A stretch of 64,000 bases of DNA from Clostridium sp. CAG:440 (GTDB lineage: Bacteria; Bacillota; Clostridia; TANB77; CAG-508). Location of the stretch: positions 29,762 through 93,761 of the forward strand of contig FR898651.1 in assembly GCA_000437215.1 (NCBI GenBank), written 5' to 3'. The notes below the pieces were generated by a model, which saw only the letters and a list, made by a program, of their open reading frames with translations, made no database searches and was not told where the DNA came from. Positions 23,472 through 33,483 of the stretch are shown here, one piece after another. The translations under genes were made by a program, and so were the position numbers. Every line of letters begins with the position of its first letter. Position 1 is the stretch's first letter.

Positions 23472-25436
23472 ATGGAAAACAAATATTTAAATGAAGCAAT
23501 AATAGGCAACAAAAATATTTTAGCAACATATACACAAAAAGGAGAGTTACAAAGGTTGTACTTTCCAAGTAAAGACAACAAGCAATATATAAATTTTTTT
23601 CATACAGGAGTAAGAGTAAATAAATCAGACTTAATATATTTACATGATGATATAAATAATAATTATAAACAATATTATGATACTGACACAAATATATTAA
23701 ACACAGAAATAACAAATACGTATTTTAATTTAATTACACTTCAAACAGACTATATACCATTAAAAGAAAATGTATTAATAAAAAAATATACTTTTTTAAA
23801 TGAAGGAACAATAGATTTAAATATAGAATTTTATATACATTCTGAATTATTGTCAGATAAAAATAACTTTGTTGGATGTAAAATAACAGACGGAGGAATG
23901 ATACAATATGCACATGACTTTGCTGTATCTACATTTGCAAAAGATGCAAAATTATTAAGCCATCAAATAAATGGAAGCAAAGAAACAATAAAAAGATGTG
24001 AAATACAAGATAAAGATTATATAGGAATGTCAAAAGATTCAAGCATAAGCTATGATATTGGTCAAATTAAACCAAATGCAAAAAAAGAATTATATATATG
24101 TATACTAATAGATGAAAATAAAAATGTATCTGAAATGGAAGAAGAAATAGATAGAATAAAGAAACTGGATTTAAAAAAGGAATATTTAGATACAAAAAAT
24201 TACTGGAGAAAATATGTAAAAAATCATAATGGGCTAGAACTAAAAGAAAGTGATAATAAATACGAAGAAAAAATTTATGAAATATATAAAAGAAGTATTT
24301 TGCTATTTCCATTACTTTCAAATCCAGAAACAGGGGGAATAATAGCTTCGCCAGAAATAGATGAAGATTTTACTAAATGTGGAAGATATGCATATTGTTG
24401 GCCAAGAGATGCAGTATTTATTGCAAATGCCTTAGACATTTTAAAAATGGAAAAAGATACTGAAAAATTTTATAAAGTATTTTGTAAAAAAACACAAAGT
24501 AAAAATGGAATGTGGGAGCAAAGATTTTTTACAGATGGTAAGCTTGCACCATGTTGGGGCTATCAAGTAGACGAAACTGCAAGTGTAGTATATGGGGTAT
24601 ATAACCATTATGAATATACAAAGTCTGAAAAATTTTTAAAATCTGTTCTTCCAATGTGCGAAAAAGCAGTAGATTTCTTAAAAAAATATGTTAAAGATTG
24701 GCTAGAAATTAATGTAACAGAAGATGATAAAAAAGATGTGGTTAAAGAAGAAATAGAAAACATGGTAAAGCAAAATGGACATAAATACCATGTAAGCTAT
24801 GATTTATGGGAAATGTGCGAAGGAATACATTTATATTCTTTAGCAAGTATATATTCTGCTTTTGATTCAATGTTAAAAATATATGAAGTACTTGGAAGTG
24901 ATGTTTCAGGATTTGAAAATAACAGATTGAAAGAGGAAAAAATTTCTAAAAATAAAAAAGTATTAGAAAAATTGCTAGTAGAGATTAAAAAATATATAAA
25001 TACAAATCTTTATGATGAAGAACAAAAATGTTATGTAAGAAATACAGAAGATAAAGAAATGGATATAAGCCTTATTGGTACAGTAGTTCCATTTAATGTA
25101 TTTAAGCCAAAAGAAAAGAAAATTCAAAATACAATAGAAAGAATAAATATGTCTTTAAGAACATATACAGGAGGTTATAAAAGATTTGAAGGGGACCATT
25201 ACATGGGAGGAGAACCATGGGTTATTGCAAATCTTTGGATGACATTATATTATATAGAAACAGGAGAGAAGAAAAAGGCTAAAGAAACATTTGACTTTGT
25301 TTTAAAGACTGCTGGAAAACATTCTTTATTAGGAGAACAAATAGATAATAACACATTAAAACCAAACTGGGTAATTGGACTTGGTTGGTCACATGCCATG
25401 TTTATTCTTGTTTTAGAAAAATTGTATAAAAAATAA
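23472..25436 (+). CDS. Glycoside hydrolase family 15 (glucoamylase-like) protein
   Basis: 654 aa. GH15-like core (ASPEIDE...YAYCWPRDAVFIANAL). Confidence 0.55.
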   Translation: MENKYLNEAIIGNKNILATYTQKGELQRLYFPSKDNKQYINFFHTGVRVNKSDLIYLHDDINNNYKQYYDTDTNILNTEITNTYFNLITLQTDYIPLKENVLIKKYTFLNEGTIDLNIEFYIHSELLSDKNNFVGCKITDGGMIQYAHDFAVSTFAKDAKLLSHQINGSKETIKRCEIQDKDYIGMSKDSSISYDIGQIKPNAKKELYICILIDENKNVSEMEEEIDRIKKLDLKKEYLDTKNYWRKYVKNHNGLELKESDNKYEEKIYEIYKRSILLFPLLSNPETGGIIASPEIDEDFTKCGRYAYCWPRDAVFIANALDILKMEKDTEKFYKVFCKKTQSKNGMWEQRFFTDGKLAPCWGYQVDETASVVYGVYNHYEYTKSEKFLKSVLPMCEKAVDFLKKYVKDWLEINVTEDDKKDVVKEEIENMVKQNGHKYHVSYDLWEMCEGIHLYSLASIYSAFDSMLKIYEVLGSDVSGFENNRLKEEKISKNKKVLEKLLVEIKKYINTNLYDEEQKCYVRNTEDKEMDISLIGTVVPFNVFKPKEKKIQNTIERINMSLRTYTGGYKRFEGDHYMGGEPWVIANLWMTLYYIETGEKKKAKETFDFVLKTAGKHSLLGEQIDNNTLKPNWVIGLGWSHAMFILVLEKLYKK

Positions 25437-25469
25437 AAGACATTAATAAAAAATAAAGGAGCAATAATA

Positions 25470-26651
25470 GTGAAAAAAAATAAAATAATTAACATTTTTT
25501 TTGTAATTACAATTGTTGTTGTATTACTACAAGGTTTTACATTTGCAAGTAATAATACAAGTTCTAATAGTAGTAATAGTGCACAAAAATCTAATACATC
25601 AAACACAACAACTAAAACTAAAGCCAAATCAAGCAATGCAAATTTAAGTAATTTAGGAATGAATCCAAATGATTTTACAGGATTTTCAGAAAACAAAACA
25701 TCATATGATGTAACAGTTCCAAATAATGTTACTCAGGTAGAAATATATGCAACTAAAAAAGATAGCAAAGCAAGTTTAACAGGAACTGGAATAAAAAAAT
25801 TACAAGAAGGTCAAAATACTGCAAATGTTATAGTAACTGCAGAAGATGGAACAACTAAAACATATACAATAAATATAAAAAGATTGTCTAAAAATGAAAA
25901 ACAGGACACTACAGAAAATTTAGATGCTAAATCTAGTAGTAACTCAAAAGATTTAGAACTTTCAAATTTAGAGATTGAAGGAGTAAATTTAGAGCCAAGC
26001 TTTGAGAGTTCAACATATAAATATGAAATTAGTATTAAAGGAGAACAATCAAATCTTGATATTAAAGCAAGTACAAACAATACTAGTGACAAGGTTGAAA
26101 TAATAGGAAATGAAAATTTGCAAAATGGACAAAATATAATTACAATTTTAGTAACAAATTCAAAAAGTGATGAAGTAGCAACATATCAGATATATGTAAA
26201 TAAAAATGTAATAGATTCAAATACGGTTGATAATGAATTTGGAAAAACAGTAAAAGAACTTAAAATTAAATTATGGGTTTTTAGGGCTTTAGTTGTTATT
26301 GTGGTTTTAGGAATTATAATGTTATTGATTATAAAACATAAGAAAAACAAGAAAGAATATGATGAAGAAGATGATAATACTGATAATAAATATGATAAAG
26401 ATATTTTGCCAAAAAGTTTAAGAAATTTAGATGAGGATTCTATAAAGAAAATGATAAAGGATTATAATGGAAATGAGTCACCTAAAGTTGGAGTAGATAA
26501 TGTGGAAAACTCTAAAAAAGAGGGATTTAATGATTATAATAATAACATTATAATACAGGAAAATTATAGCAAGATAAAAAATGATGATGAGCTTCAAAAG
26601 AAGGGTAAAAGAAGCGGTAATGGACGAAAAAAAGGAAAAAGGTTTAAATAA
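25470..26651 (+). CDS. Cell-surface protein with two cadherin-like beta-sandwich repeats, a TM anchor and a charged cytoplasmic tail
   Basis: Signal peptide. Two ~90-aa repeats (ANLSNLGMNP...TYTINIK and LELSNLEIEG...TYQIYVN). TM at VFRALVVIVVLGIIMLLII. Confidence 0.6.
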   Translation: MKKNKIINIFFVITIVVVLLQGFTFASNNTSSNSSNSAQKSNTSNTTTKTKAKSSNANLSNLGMNPNDFTGFSENKTSYDVTVPNNVTQVEIYATKKDSKASLTGTGIKKLQEGQNTANVIVTAEDGTTKTYTINIKRLSKNEKQDTTENLDAKSSSNSKDLELSNLEIEGVNLEPSFESSTYKYEISIKGEQSNLDIKASTNNTSDKVEIIGNENLQNGQNIITILVTNSKSDEVATYQIYVNKNVIDSNTVDNEFGKTVKELKIKLWVFRALVVIVVLGIIMLLIIKHKKNKKEYDEEDDNTDNKYDKDILPKSLRNLDEDSIKKMIKDYNGNESPKVGVDNVENSKKEGFNDYNNNIIIQENYSKIKNDDELQKKGKRSGNGRKKGKRFK

Positions 26652-26654
26652 AAT

Positions 26655-26690
26655 GTAAAAGACTGAAATTTACTAAAATTTCAGTCTTTT
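26655..26690 (+). terminator. Intrinsic terminator
   Basis: AAAAGACTGAAATTT-actaa-AATTTCAGTCTTTT hairpin. Confidence 0.6.
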
Positions 26691-26735
26691 GTATTGAAAA
26701 TTTTTTGAATAAATTGTATAATTACAAATGCTAAT

Positions 26736-26811
26736 GCTCTTATAGCTCAGTTGGTAGAGCAACGGATTCGTAACCCGTAGGTCGGCAGTTCGATTCTGCC
26801 TAAGAGCTCCA
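26736..26811 (+). tRNA. tRNA-Thr (anticodon CGU)
   Basis: 76-nt cloverleaf: acceptor GCTCTTA/TAAGAGC, D arm GCTC-AGTTGGTA-GAGC, anticodon loop TTCGTAA, T arm GGCAG-TTCGATT-CTGCC, 3' CCA encoded. A31-C39 mismatch at the base of the anticodon stem. Confidence 0.85.
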
Positions 26812-26902
26812 TAATGCATTTTCGCCGAACTGCTTAAAAATATTGATATAAGTAAGTTTGAAGAAAATTCAAAAATGAGTATCAATCACATTTATATAAG
26901 TC

Positions 26903-26947
26903 GATTTAATCGGCTAATTTTTATACTTTTTTTACCAAAAAGTATAA
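26903..26947. repeat. Perfect 20-bp inverted repeat (hairpin) downstream of tRNA-Thr
   Basis: GGCTAATTTTTATACTTTTT-ttacc-AAAAAGTATAAAAATTAGCC. Confidence 0.6.
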
Positions 26948-27072
26948 AAATTAGCCTCAAATCATGTCAAAAACTATTGAAATTTCCGACTTTATCTGAT
27001 ATAATAAGCAAGTAAATTACTTACCTTGCAGATAGCAAGTTTAGTATAGAACAACTGATAACAATAATTATT

Positions 27073-27294
27073 GTGACAGGAGGGACAGCTATGAATGTTA
27101 ATCTACCATATGAAATTGGTACAGTTTTGAAGACAATGGAGTCTGGAAAAGTTCAATACGATAAAGTGCACCACTATATTGTAGGAAACAAAATTCAGGC
27201 TATATTGGAACTGTGCTACGAAACAGATCCGAGATTATCTACACCGATAGATATTGAGGGATTACAACAAAGATGGGAGGTTTTCAAAACTTAA
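27073..27294 (+). CDS. Small hypothetical protein (73 aa) in a higher-GC islet
   Basis: RBS ggaggga. GC clearly above surroundings. Confidence 0.4.
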   Translation: MTGGTAMNVNLPYEIGTVLKTMESGKVQYDKVHHYIVGNKIQAILELCYETDPRLSTPIDIEGLQQRWEVFKT

Positions 27295-27336
27295 TGTCAA
27301 AAACTCAAAGCAGATTTGTTAAGGAGGTAAGAGAAT

Positions 27337-27570
27337 ATGGCAAAAATTAAGAATACTCCATATGGATGGGAATTTGACGTTTGGTGCAATGACTGTAAAA
27401 AGGTTATTACGGTTGAAGGACCAGAAGATTTACGAAAAGAAACCATTCCTGGAGAAAAACATCCAATGTTTTGTCTTGTTTGTCCATCGTGTAAACGAGA
27501 GATTCGATTTGATGGAATTGTGGGACATACATTAAGTCCTGAATTTATCAGCCAGGTACAAGACAAGTAA
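27337..27570 (+). CDS. Small zinc-ribbon protein (two CxxC pairs)
   Basis: CNDC...CLVCPSC. RBS aaggaggt. Higher GC. Confidence 0.45.
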   Translation: MAKIKNTPYGWEFDVWCNDCKKVITVEGPEDLRKETIPGEKHPMFCLVCPSCKREIRFDGIVGHTLSPEFISQVQDK

Positions 27571-27585
27571 TAACCCGAATTTGTC

Positions 27586-27630
27586 TAAAAAAAGTAAGGG
27601 AAATCTTTTATACCAGGGATTCCCCTTACT
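27586..27630 (+). terminator. Intrinsic terminator
   Basis: AAGTAAGGGAA-...-TTCCCCTTACTTTTTTAT. Confidence 0.6.
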
Positions 27631-27662
27631 TTTTTATCAAAAATGGCAAAACAGATACATAT

Positions 27663-28460
27663 TTATTTCAAATACTTTATATCTGTATCATTTAAAATTT
27701 TCATTTGTGAAATAGCTATTTTATTTAATTTTTCAAGTCTTTCAGATTGTTTTAATCCTTCATTTATAAAAACAGAATTTAAATTTTCTAAATTTGCTAA
27801 ACATATTAATTCATTCATTGTTGCATAATCTCTTATATTTCCATCTAAATTAGGATTTTTAGTACGCCATTCTTTTGCTGTCATACCAAATAAAGCCATA
27901 TTTAATACATCAGCTTCTTCTGCATAAACAAAGTTTATTTGATTTTTAGTTAATTCTTTAGGTACTAAATTATTTTTAATAGCATCAGTATGTATTCTAT
28001 AGTTAATTTTAGAAAGTTCTCTTTTGGCATTCCAACCTATTTGCTTTTGTTCTTCTGCTTTTAATCTTTCAAATTCTTTTATCAATAATAGTTTGAATTT
28101 TGGACTAATCCACATTCCAAATTCAAAAGCAATATCTTTATGAGCATAAGTTCCACCATATCTTCCAGCTTTTGATATTATTCCAATCGCATTTGTTTTT
28201 TCTGTCCATTCTTTTACACTTATTTTATAACTATTTAAACCTGCTTGACTTTTAATTATGGCGAATTCGCCATAATTAAAATTAGGATTATGAATTTCTT
28301 CCCAAATACCTAAAAACTCAATAGTATTTCTATTCCTTAGCCAGTCTGAAACAAAGAAATCTCCATCTTTTGATTTTAACATATCAGTAATTGATATATA
28401 ATCTTCATCATCAATTTTTATATAAGTAATCTTTTGATTTAAAACATTTAATTCTGGCAT
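27663..28460 (-). CDS. KilA-N domain protein (phage-associated DNA-binding domain)
   Basis: The N-terminal ~100 aa resemble KilA-N domains. The C-terminal half is helical. Lies in the accessory region. Confidence 0.6.
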   Translation of the reverse strand: MPELNVLNQKITYIKIDDEDYISITDMLKSKDGDFFVSDWLRNRNTIEFLGIWEEIHNPNFNYGEFAIIKSQAGLNSYKISVKEWTEKTNAIGIISKAGRYGGTYAHKDIAFEFGMWISPKFKLLLIKEFERLKAEEQKQIGWNAKRELSKINYRIHTDAIKNNLVPKELTKNQINFVYAEEADVLNMALFGMTAKEWRTKNPNLDGNIRDYATMNELICLANLENLNSVFINEGLKQSERLEKLNKIAISQMKILNDTDIKYLK

Positions 28461-28627
28461 ATCTTGACCTCCTTTTTTTTATGGTATAACGATTTATTCC
28501 AGTTATTATACCAAACAAAAGTTTTAAATTCAATATTTATTAAAAAAATTGTAAAAATATTCTATAATATTGTAAATAACTTATGAAAAATCAGATAAAT
28601 CTACACTTTCACTTTGATAAAATATAC

Positions 28628-30094
28628 TTAATTTTTTTTCAAAAGTCCAACCTTAACTAGTTCATCAGTAATTTCTCTTATGCTGTTAATAATATTCTTT
28701 TTGAAAGAATATACATTATCATTTTTTAGTATAGAATTAGTCTTAGAATTTGATAGAGCATAGTCATATGGTGACTTTGTTTTTATTTGCTTTTTTAATG
28801 CTTTTATAATATCTGTATTAGTAAAAACATATCTCTCTATATCATATAAATTACATATTTTAATATGATTTATAATCCAATTATACAAATCACCACTTGT
28901 GTCTATATTTAATTTTTTTGCTACATCTTTATATATAAGCTCCCTTCTAATATAGGATTCTTCTAATAGTACTACTATTCCAAAACAATTGTTATAATCA
29001 AATATAACTTCCTTATCGTTCTCAAAAAAATTATAAATATTTTTAAAATCTAAACGTACTTGTTTATATAATTGAAGTACATAATTGCTAATTTTATCTA
29101 TTTCTTGTTTGATATAATTTTCATCTAAACATCTTGTTTTAGCATAAGGAACTGTAGATTTGCATTCAAAAAAAATATAATTATCATTTTTCCTACACAT
29201 TACATCAGAGGTTTTTAAAGCATTATGTTTCTTTTTATAACATTGCTCTTTCATGACTTCGTCAAACAAAAAAGATTTATTTAGTACTTCAAATAGATAA
29301 TCTTCTAATACATTCTTTCCAAATAAACTTCTAAGCTCTGAATTAGAATCTGTTAATCTATATAAAAGTGAATCTGTTATAGCTCTTGGAATACAATGAG
29401 GTAATGGTAAATTGACTATTCCATTATATTCTATGAATGGATAAACGTATGAAGGTCTAACACAATATAAATAATCGTGTATGCTATCAGAAAATTTATC
29501 TATTTCTTTTTGAAAAGCTTCTCTAGAAAGTCTTAGTAAACTTGTTGCTTTTGAATATTTTAAAATAATATATCTTAATATTTGAGGGTCTAAATTAACT
29601 TTTAATGAACAAAAGAAACTTAAAATAGACCCTAATTCTAAAAAAGAATTATAATCAACATTAAATTTTTTATAAAATTCTTTTTTCATATCAATTTTAT
29701 CTGAAACATATGTAAAAAAATAATTATATCTATAATATTTATATATATTGTAAGTTTGAATATCAAATTGTGTAGAACCAAGTGCAATTAACAAAAAGTC
29801 AGCAAATTCAATTGTTCCAATTTTATTAACCAAAGTAGGATGTTGATGCTCCTTTATACAATTAATCATTTCAATAAATTTATTTATATTTTTACCTTTA
29901 AAATCATTATCGTTATATTCATCTGCTTTGACTGCAAATAATAAGAAAGTTTCAAGTTCCCACGCCATTGGTTGTCCTGAAGTTAATTCTATCCCATTAA
30001 TATTCATAATTTGCTTTGAATAATATTGTAAAACTCTCATTTTTTCAATAAAAGAATATCTTTTTAAAATAACAGGTAATCTTTCATAATCCAT
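28628..30094 (-). CDS. Orphan 488-aa protein with a possible PD-(D/E)xK-like element (NDNYIFFECKS)
   Basis: Long ORF, no recognisable family. A hydrophobic stretch then ExK, with an upstream D, is consistent with a restriction-endonuclease-like fold. Confidence 0.45.
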   Translation of the reverse strand: MDYERLPVILKRYSFIEKMRVLQYYSKQIMNINGIELTSGQPMAWELETFLLFAVKADEYNDNDFKGKNINKFIEMINCIKEHQHPTLVNKIGTIEFADFLLIALGSTQFDIQTYNIYKYYRYNYFFTYVSDKIDMKKEFYKKFNVDYNSFLELGSILSFFCSLKVNLDPQILRYIILKYSKATSLLRLSREAFQKEIDKFSDSIHDYLYCVRPSYVYPFIEYNGIVNLPLPHCIPRAITDSLLYRLTDSNSELRSLFGKNVLEDYLFEVLNKSFLFDEVMKEQCYKKKHNALKTSDVMCRKNDNYIFFECKSTVPYAKTRCLDENYIKQEIDKISNYVLQLYKQVRLDFKNIYNFFENDKEVIFDYNNCFGIVVLLEESYIRRELIYKDVAKKLNIDTSGDLYNWIINHIKICNLYDIERYVFTNTDIIKALKKQIKTKSPYDYALSNSKTNSILKNDNVYSFKKNIINSIREITDELVKVGLLKKN

Positions 30095-30292
30095 ATATTA
30101 TAATCTCCTATACTATTTTCTATATTTTACCATAATTTTATAAAATATTTAGAAAAATCAAAAAAAAATTCTTTTCTATTGATAAAAGTTGAAAACTATG
30201 TTAAATTATAATCATATAAATCGAATTATATAAAAAAGAGCATTACTATTTGCAGATATATTTTTTCGCATACCTGCTCCGTAATCGCTCCA

Positions 30293-30363
30293 ATGATAAT
30301 AAAGGGATACAACGATTTGCTTGTATCCCTTTATTACGATTTGACGTAATTTTGACGTAATTT
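30293..30363. promoter_or_regulatory. Locally GC-richer structured element upstream of the membrane-protein gene: 16-bp perfect inverted repeat plus tandem TTTGACGTAAT x2
   Basis: TAATAAAGGGATACAA-cgatttgc-TTGTATCCCTTTATTA, then gatTTGACGTAATTTTGACGTAATttgg. CGTAAT/ATTACG occurs four times. Confidence 0.4.
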
Positions 30364-30498
30364 GGTGGTAATATATTTATTGGAAATAACATTATAAAGT
30401 TCTTTACCAAAATTTAAAAAAGTAAAAAATATATTTATATATAGTAATTTTTTGTCGTTTATAGTATAATTTTGCTGAATGTAAAAGGGGACGAAGCA

Positions 30499-31722
30499 AT
30501 GAAAGAATTTATATCAATTTTAGTAAGTTTTATATTTATGAGTATAGCTGATAGTATTGATTCAGCTTTTAATAATTTAATTAGTGTTGACGCTATAATA
30601 GTAACTGGAAGTTTCTTATTAATAGATTCAATATTTAAATCGTTTGGAGAAATAGGTACATATACTTATAGGACAATAAGAAAGAATGAATGGCAATATT
30701 TATGGTTTAATATCATATTTGGATTGCTAATGGGAGTTATTGTTTTTATTTCTAAAAGTATGATAGTAAATATATTTAATTTAAGCCAAATACAAAGAGA
30801 AATGTTACATATATTATTAAATTTTTATACAGTATATGTAATATTTGGAAGGCTAGCAAATGGAATATTTGAGTTAATAAGACTTAAAGGAATGTTAAAA
30901 TTATACAGAAAAAGTTTAATTGTTTATTATATATCTTTAATAGGATTAGACGCTATGGCATATATATTTACGAGAGATTTAAAACTATTATTTATTGCAA
31001 CCATAGTGTCTTGGTGCATTTCAATTGTATATATGCTATATAAGCTAAATTTAAAATTTGAATTTCCAAGTAAGGAGTCTTTAAAAAATGTAATTAAATA
31101 TGGCTTGGCATATGCTTCAGAAAGAGTATTATCTAGAATATTCTTATTATTATATGGAGTAATTGCAAGTTATATGGGAACTGAAAAATACGGAATACAC
31201 ACTATTTGCTATTCTGTATGTTTGACCTTAGAAATAATCACAAATGCATATCAGGCAACTTTAATGATTAAGGTTCCTGAGGGTAAAACATATGAAGAAC
31301 AATATAGCAATTGTATGAATATGAAGAAAAGTTGCTTTCCATTAATTATCATATTAAATTTTGTATTTGCGTTTATTTATTTATTAATATCACATGGAAG
31401 TTTACCATTATATAGATGTTTTCCATATATTATATTTTACTCAATTGCTATATTGGGTCTATATCCATATGAAACATATAAAACATTATGTATTACTCAA
31501 GGAAAGTCATATATATTACTGATAGGATCTACTATTGGAGTTATAATAAGATTTCTAATATGTCTATTATTTATAAATACTTCTTTTTCATTATATATTT
31601 TTGGTATAGTAAATCTTATTGATTTCTATTCTAGAAGTATAATTTATAGATTAGCTTTATCTAAGATATATAGAAAAAAAGACATAGAGGAGAAGCAAGA
31701 TAAAAAAATAAATGTATTATAA
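30499..31722 (+). CDS. Polytopic membrane protein (about 12 TM; flippase/MOP- or transporter-like)
   Basis: ATG at 30499 with RBS aaagggg. Hydrophobic throughout. Confidence 0.5.
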   Translation: MKEFISILVSFIFMSIADSIDSAFNNLISVDAIIVTGSFLLIDSIFKSFGEIGTYTYRTIRKNEWQYLWFNIIFGLLMGVIVFISKSMIVNIFNLSQIQREMLHILLNFYTVYVIFGRLANGIFELIRLKGMLKLYRKSLIVYYISLIGLDAMAYIFTRDLKLLFIATIVSWCISIVYMLYKLNLKFEFPSKESLKNVIKYGLAYASERVLSRIFLLLYGVIASYMGTEKYGIHTICYSVCLTLEIITNAYQATLMIKVPEGKTYEEQYSNCMNMKKSCFPLIIILNFVFAFIYLLISHGSLPLYRCFPYIIFYSIAILGLYPYETYKTLCITQGKSYILLIGSTIGVIIRFLICLLFINTSFSLYIFGIVNLIDFYSRSIIYRLALSKIYRKKDIEEKQDKKINVL

Positions 31723-31734
31723 TAAATAAAAGTT

Positions 31735-31775
31735 AATATCCTCACAAGCTAAAAGCATTGTGAGGATATTAATAT
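31735..31775. terminator. Bidirectional intrinsic terminator
   Basis: ATATCCTCACAA-gctaaaagca-TTGTGAGGATAT hairpin. Confidence 0.6.
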
Positions 31776-31798
31776 AATGACTAAAAAATAAAATAATA

Positions 31799-32962
31799 CT
31801 ATTTTAAATAATTTTTACAATACTTATTATAAACAATCATTTGAAGGATGATACTAAACGATAAAATTGCAGCAACTATTCTTAAGTTGTTTATATTAAA
31901 AGCATATACAACAGGAATTAGTAATATTAATTCGCTAAAAGCTTTACCAAATCCATGAATTACTTCACTAAGGTATGTATATTCAAGTTGGTAAGTTGTT
32001 AATGTTTGATTAGAACTTATATTAAATACAGCAGTATCAACTAATATTTGAGTTATTTTATATGCTATATTAAATACTATGTTATAAATAATAAACATTG
32101 TAAAAGAATTGGTGAAGATAATTGGAATCGTTACTATTAATATTGATAAAGCAGATATAAGAAAAGCTTTCTTATTAGATTCTTCTTTTAGATATTTTTT
32201 TACTAACAAGGATGTAATAAGCCCAAGTAAACCAAATAGTGCATTCAAATTTCCTAAACTAGATTCCGAACCTAAAGTCAAAAATATAATAAATGTAACA
32301 GTTGTATCTAATCCGCCTCTAAATCCCATTCCTTCTAAAAAAACAATTTTATAAATTTCTTTAGCTTGTTTATCCTTAAAAGCATATTTCATATTTGAAA
32401 TTTTTATAGGATTAATATTAAATGTATATTTATCAAAATAAAATGAAGTGATAACAGCAATAAGAACAAGTGTAATTATTATAACAAATAATACAGAATA
32501 AGAAGCATTTACAATTATATATCCCATTCCAATTGTTGATATAATAGAAATAAGGCTTGTAACCATGCTGTTATATGAAAATATCTTTTTAAATTGTGAA
32601 TCATTTTTAAAATTATACAAAATCATTTTATATGCTGACCAATATAACAAACTAGTTGCACAATCGAGTACGGCAAATAGATAGATATAATCTTTTACAT
32701 TGTTTCCTAAAAGTAATAAAACAAATAAACAAAAACCATTTGAAAATAAGCCTATACGATAAAATTTCAAAACATTGTTTTTATTTAGAAATTTTAGTGA
32801 CAAAAATGAAAATATAGCATTTAGTGAGTATTTTAATGTGTAATATAATACAACACTGATAAAATTGCCATCTGTAATCTTTAAAAAATATATTGCTAAA
32901 AATAATGATGTAAATTTGCTTACAATACTATTTATAGAATGTGTGAATACAATTTTTTTCAT
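31799..32962 (-). CDS. Polytopic membrane protein, probably an MFS-type transporter
   Basis: 387 aa, about 12 predicted TM helices. Confidence 0.5.
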   Translation of the reverse strand: MKKIVFTHSINSIVSKFTSLFLAIYFLKITDGNFISVVLYYTLKYSLNAIFSFLSLKFLNKNNVLKFYRIGLFSNGFCLFVLLLLGNNVKDYIYLFAVLDCATSLLYWSAYKMILYNFKNDSQFKKIFSYNSMVTSLISIISTIGMGYIIVNASYSVLFVIIITLVLIAVITSFYFDKYTFNINPIKISNMKYAFKDKQAKEIYKIVFLEGMGFRGGLDTTVTFIIFLTLGSESSLGNLNALFGLLGLITSLLVKKYLKEESNKKAFLISALSILIVTIPIIFTNSFTMFIIYNIVFNIAYKITQILVDTAVFNISSNQTLTTYQLEYTYLSEVIHGFGKAFSELILLIPVVYAFNINNLRIVAAILSFSIILQMIVYNKYCKNYLK

Positions 32963-33483
32963 ATCTTAACTCCTTATGTTTTTGCAATAATTTATATTTA
33001 AATTTCTAATTATTTAAATTATACACCAAATTATAAAAAATTCATATACTCCCTTGAAAATATATAATAAAATGATATAAGTGATTTATCAGAGAGATTT
33101 AATCAATTATTATAGTCTTAATTTCGCATACGTGTATAGTTAAGGCACCATTTGAAATCAACTTACGGACTTGAAAGTTTGCTGGAAACAAATCATACAA
33201 ATTATATCTTAGTAAATTATCAAAGTACTCTTTTAATTTATATACTTCTTTTATATGATAATGCGTATTTTTATGTACTTGGTAGCTTAATCTTTTATCT
33301 ACTGTATATATTTTATCAGTACACATCAAATCACATAAATTAATTATTTTTTCATAAATTTTTTATATATTCTTTTATAAACTCGTAGTTTTGACTACTT
33401 GAATCAGTATAATCTCTATCATTTGCTAAACAGTTGATATCATTTATCACTTGAAGTTTTAACAATATTTTCATTTTACAAAT

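Noticed and set aside
26673-26885. 70-aa minus-strand ORF overlapping tRNA-Thr
   Set aside because: Covers the tRNA gene on the opposite strand. Includes the tRNA complement as coding. Not plausible.
33099-33329. 76-aa minus-strand ORF as a real gene
   Set aside because: Sits in a stretch full of stops in all frames. Shares a decayed fragment with a second non-coding copy at 34316-34345. More likely a pseudogene remnant.
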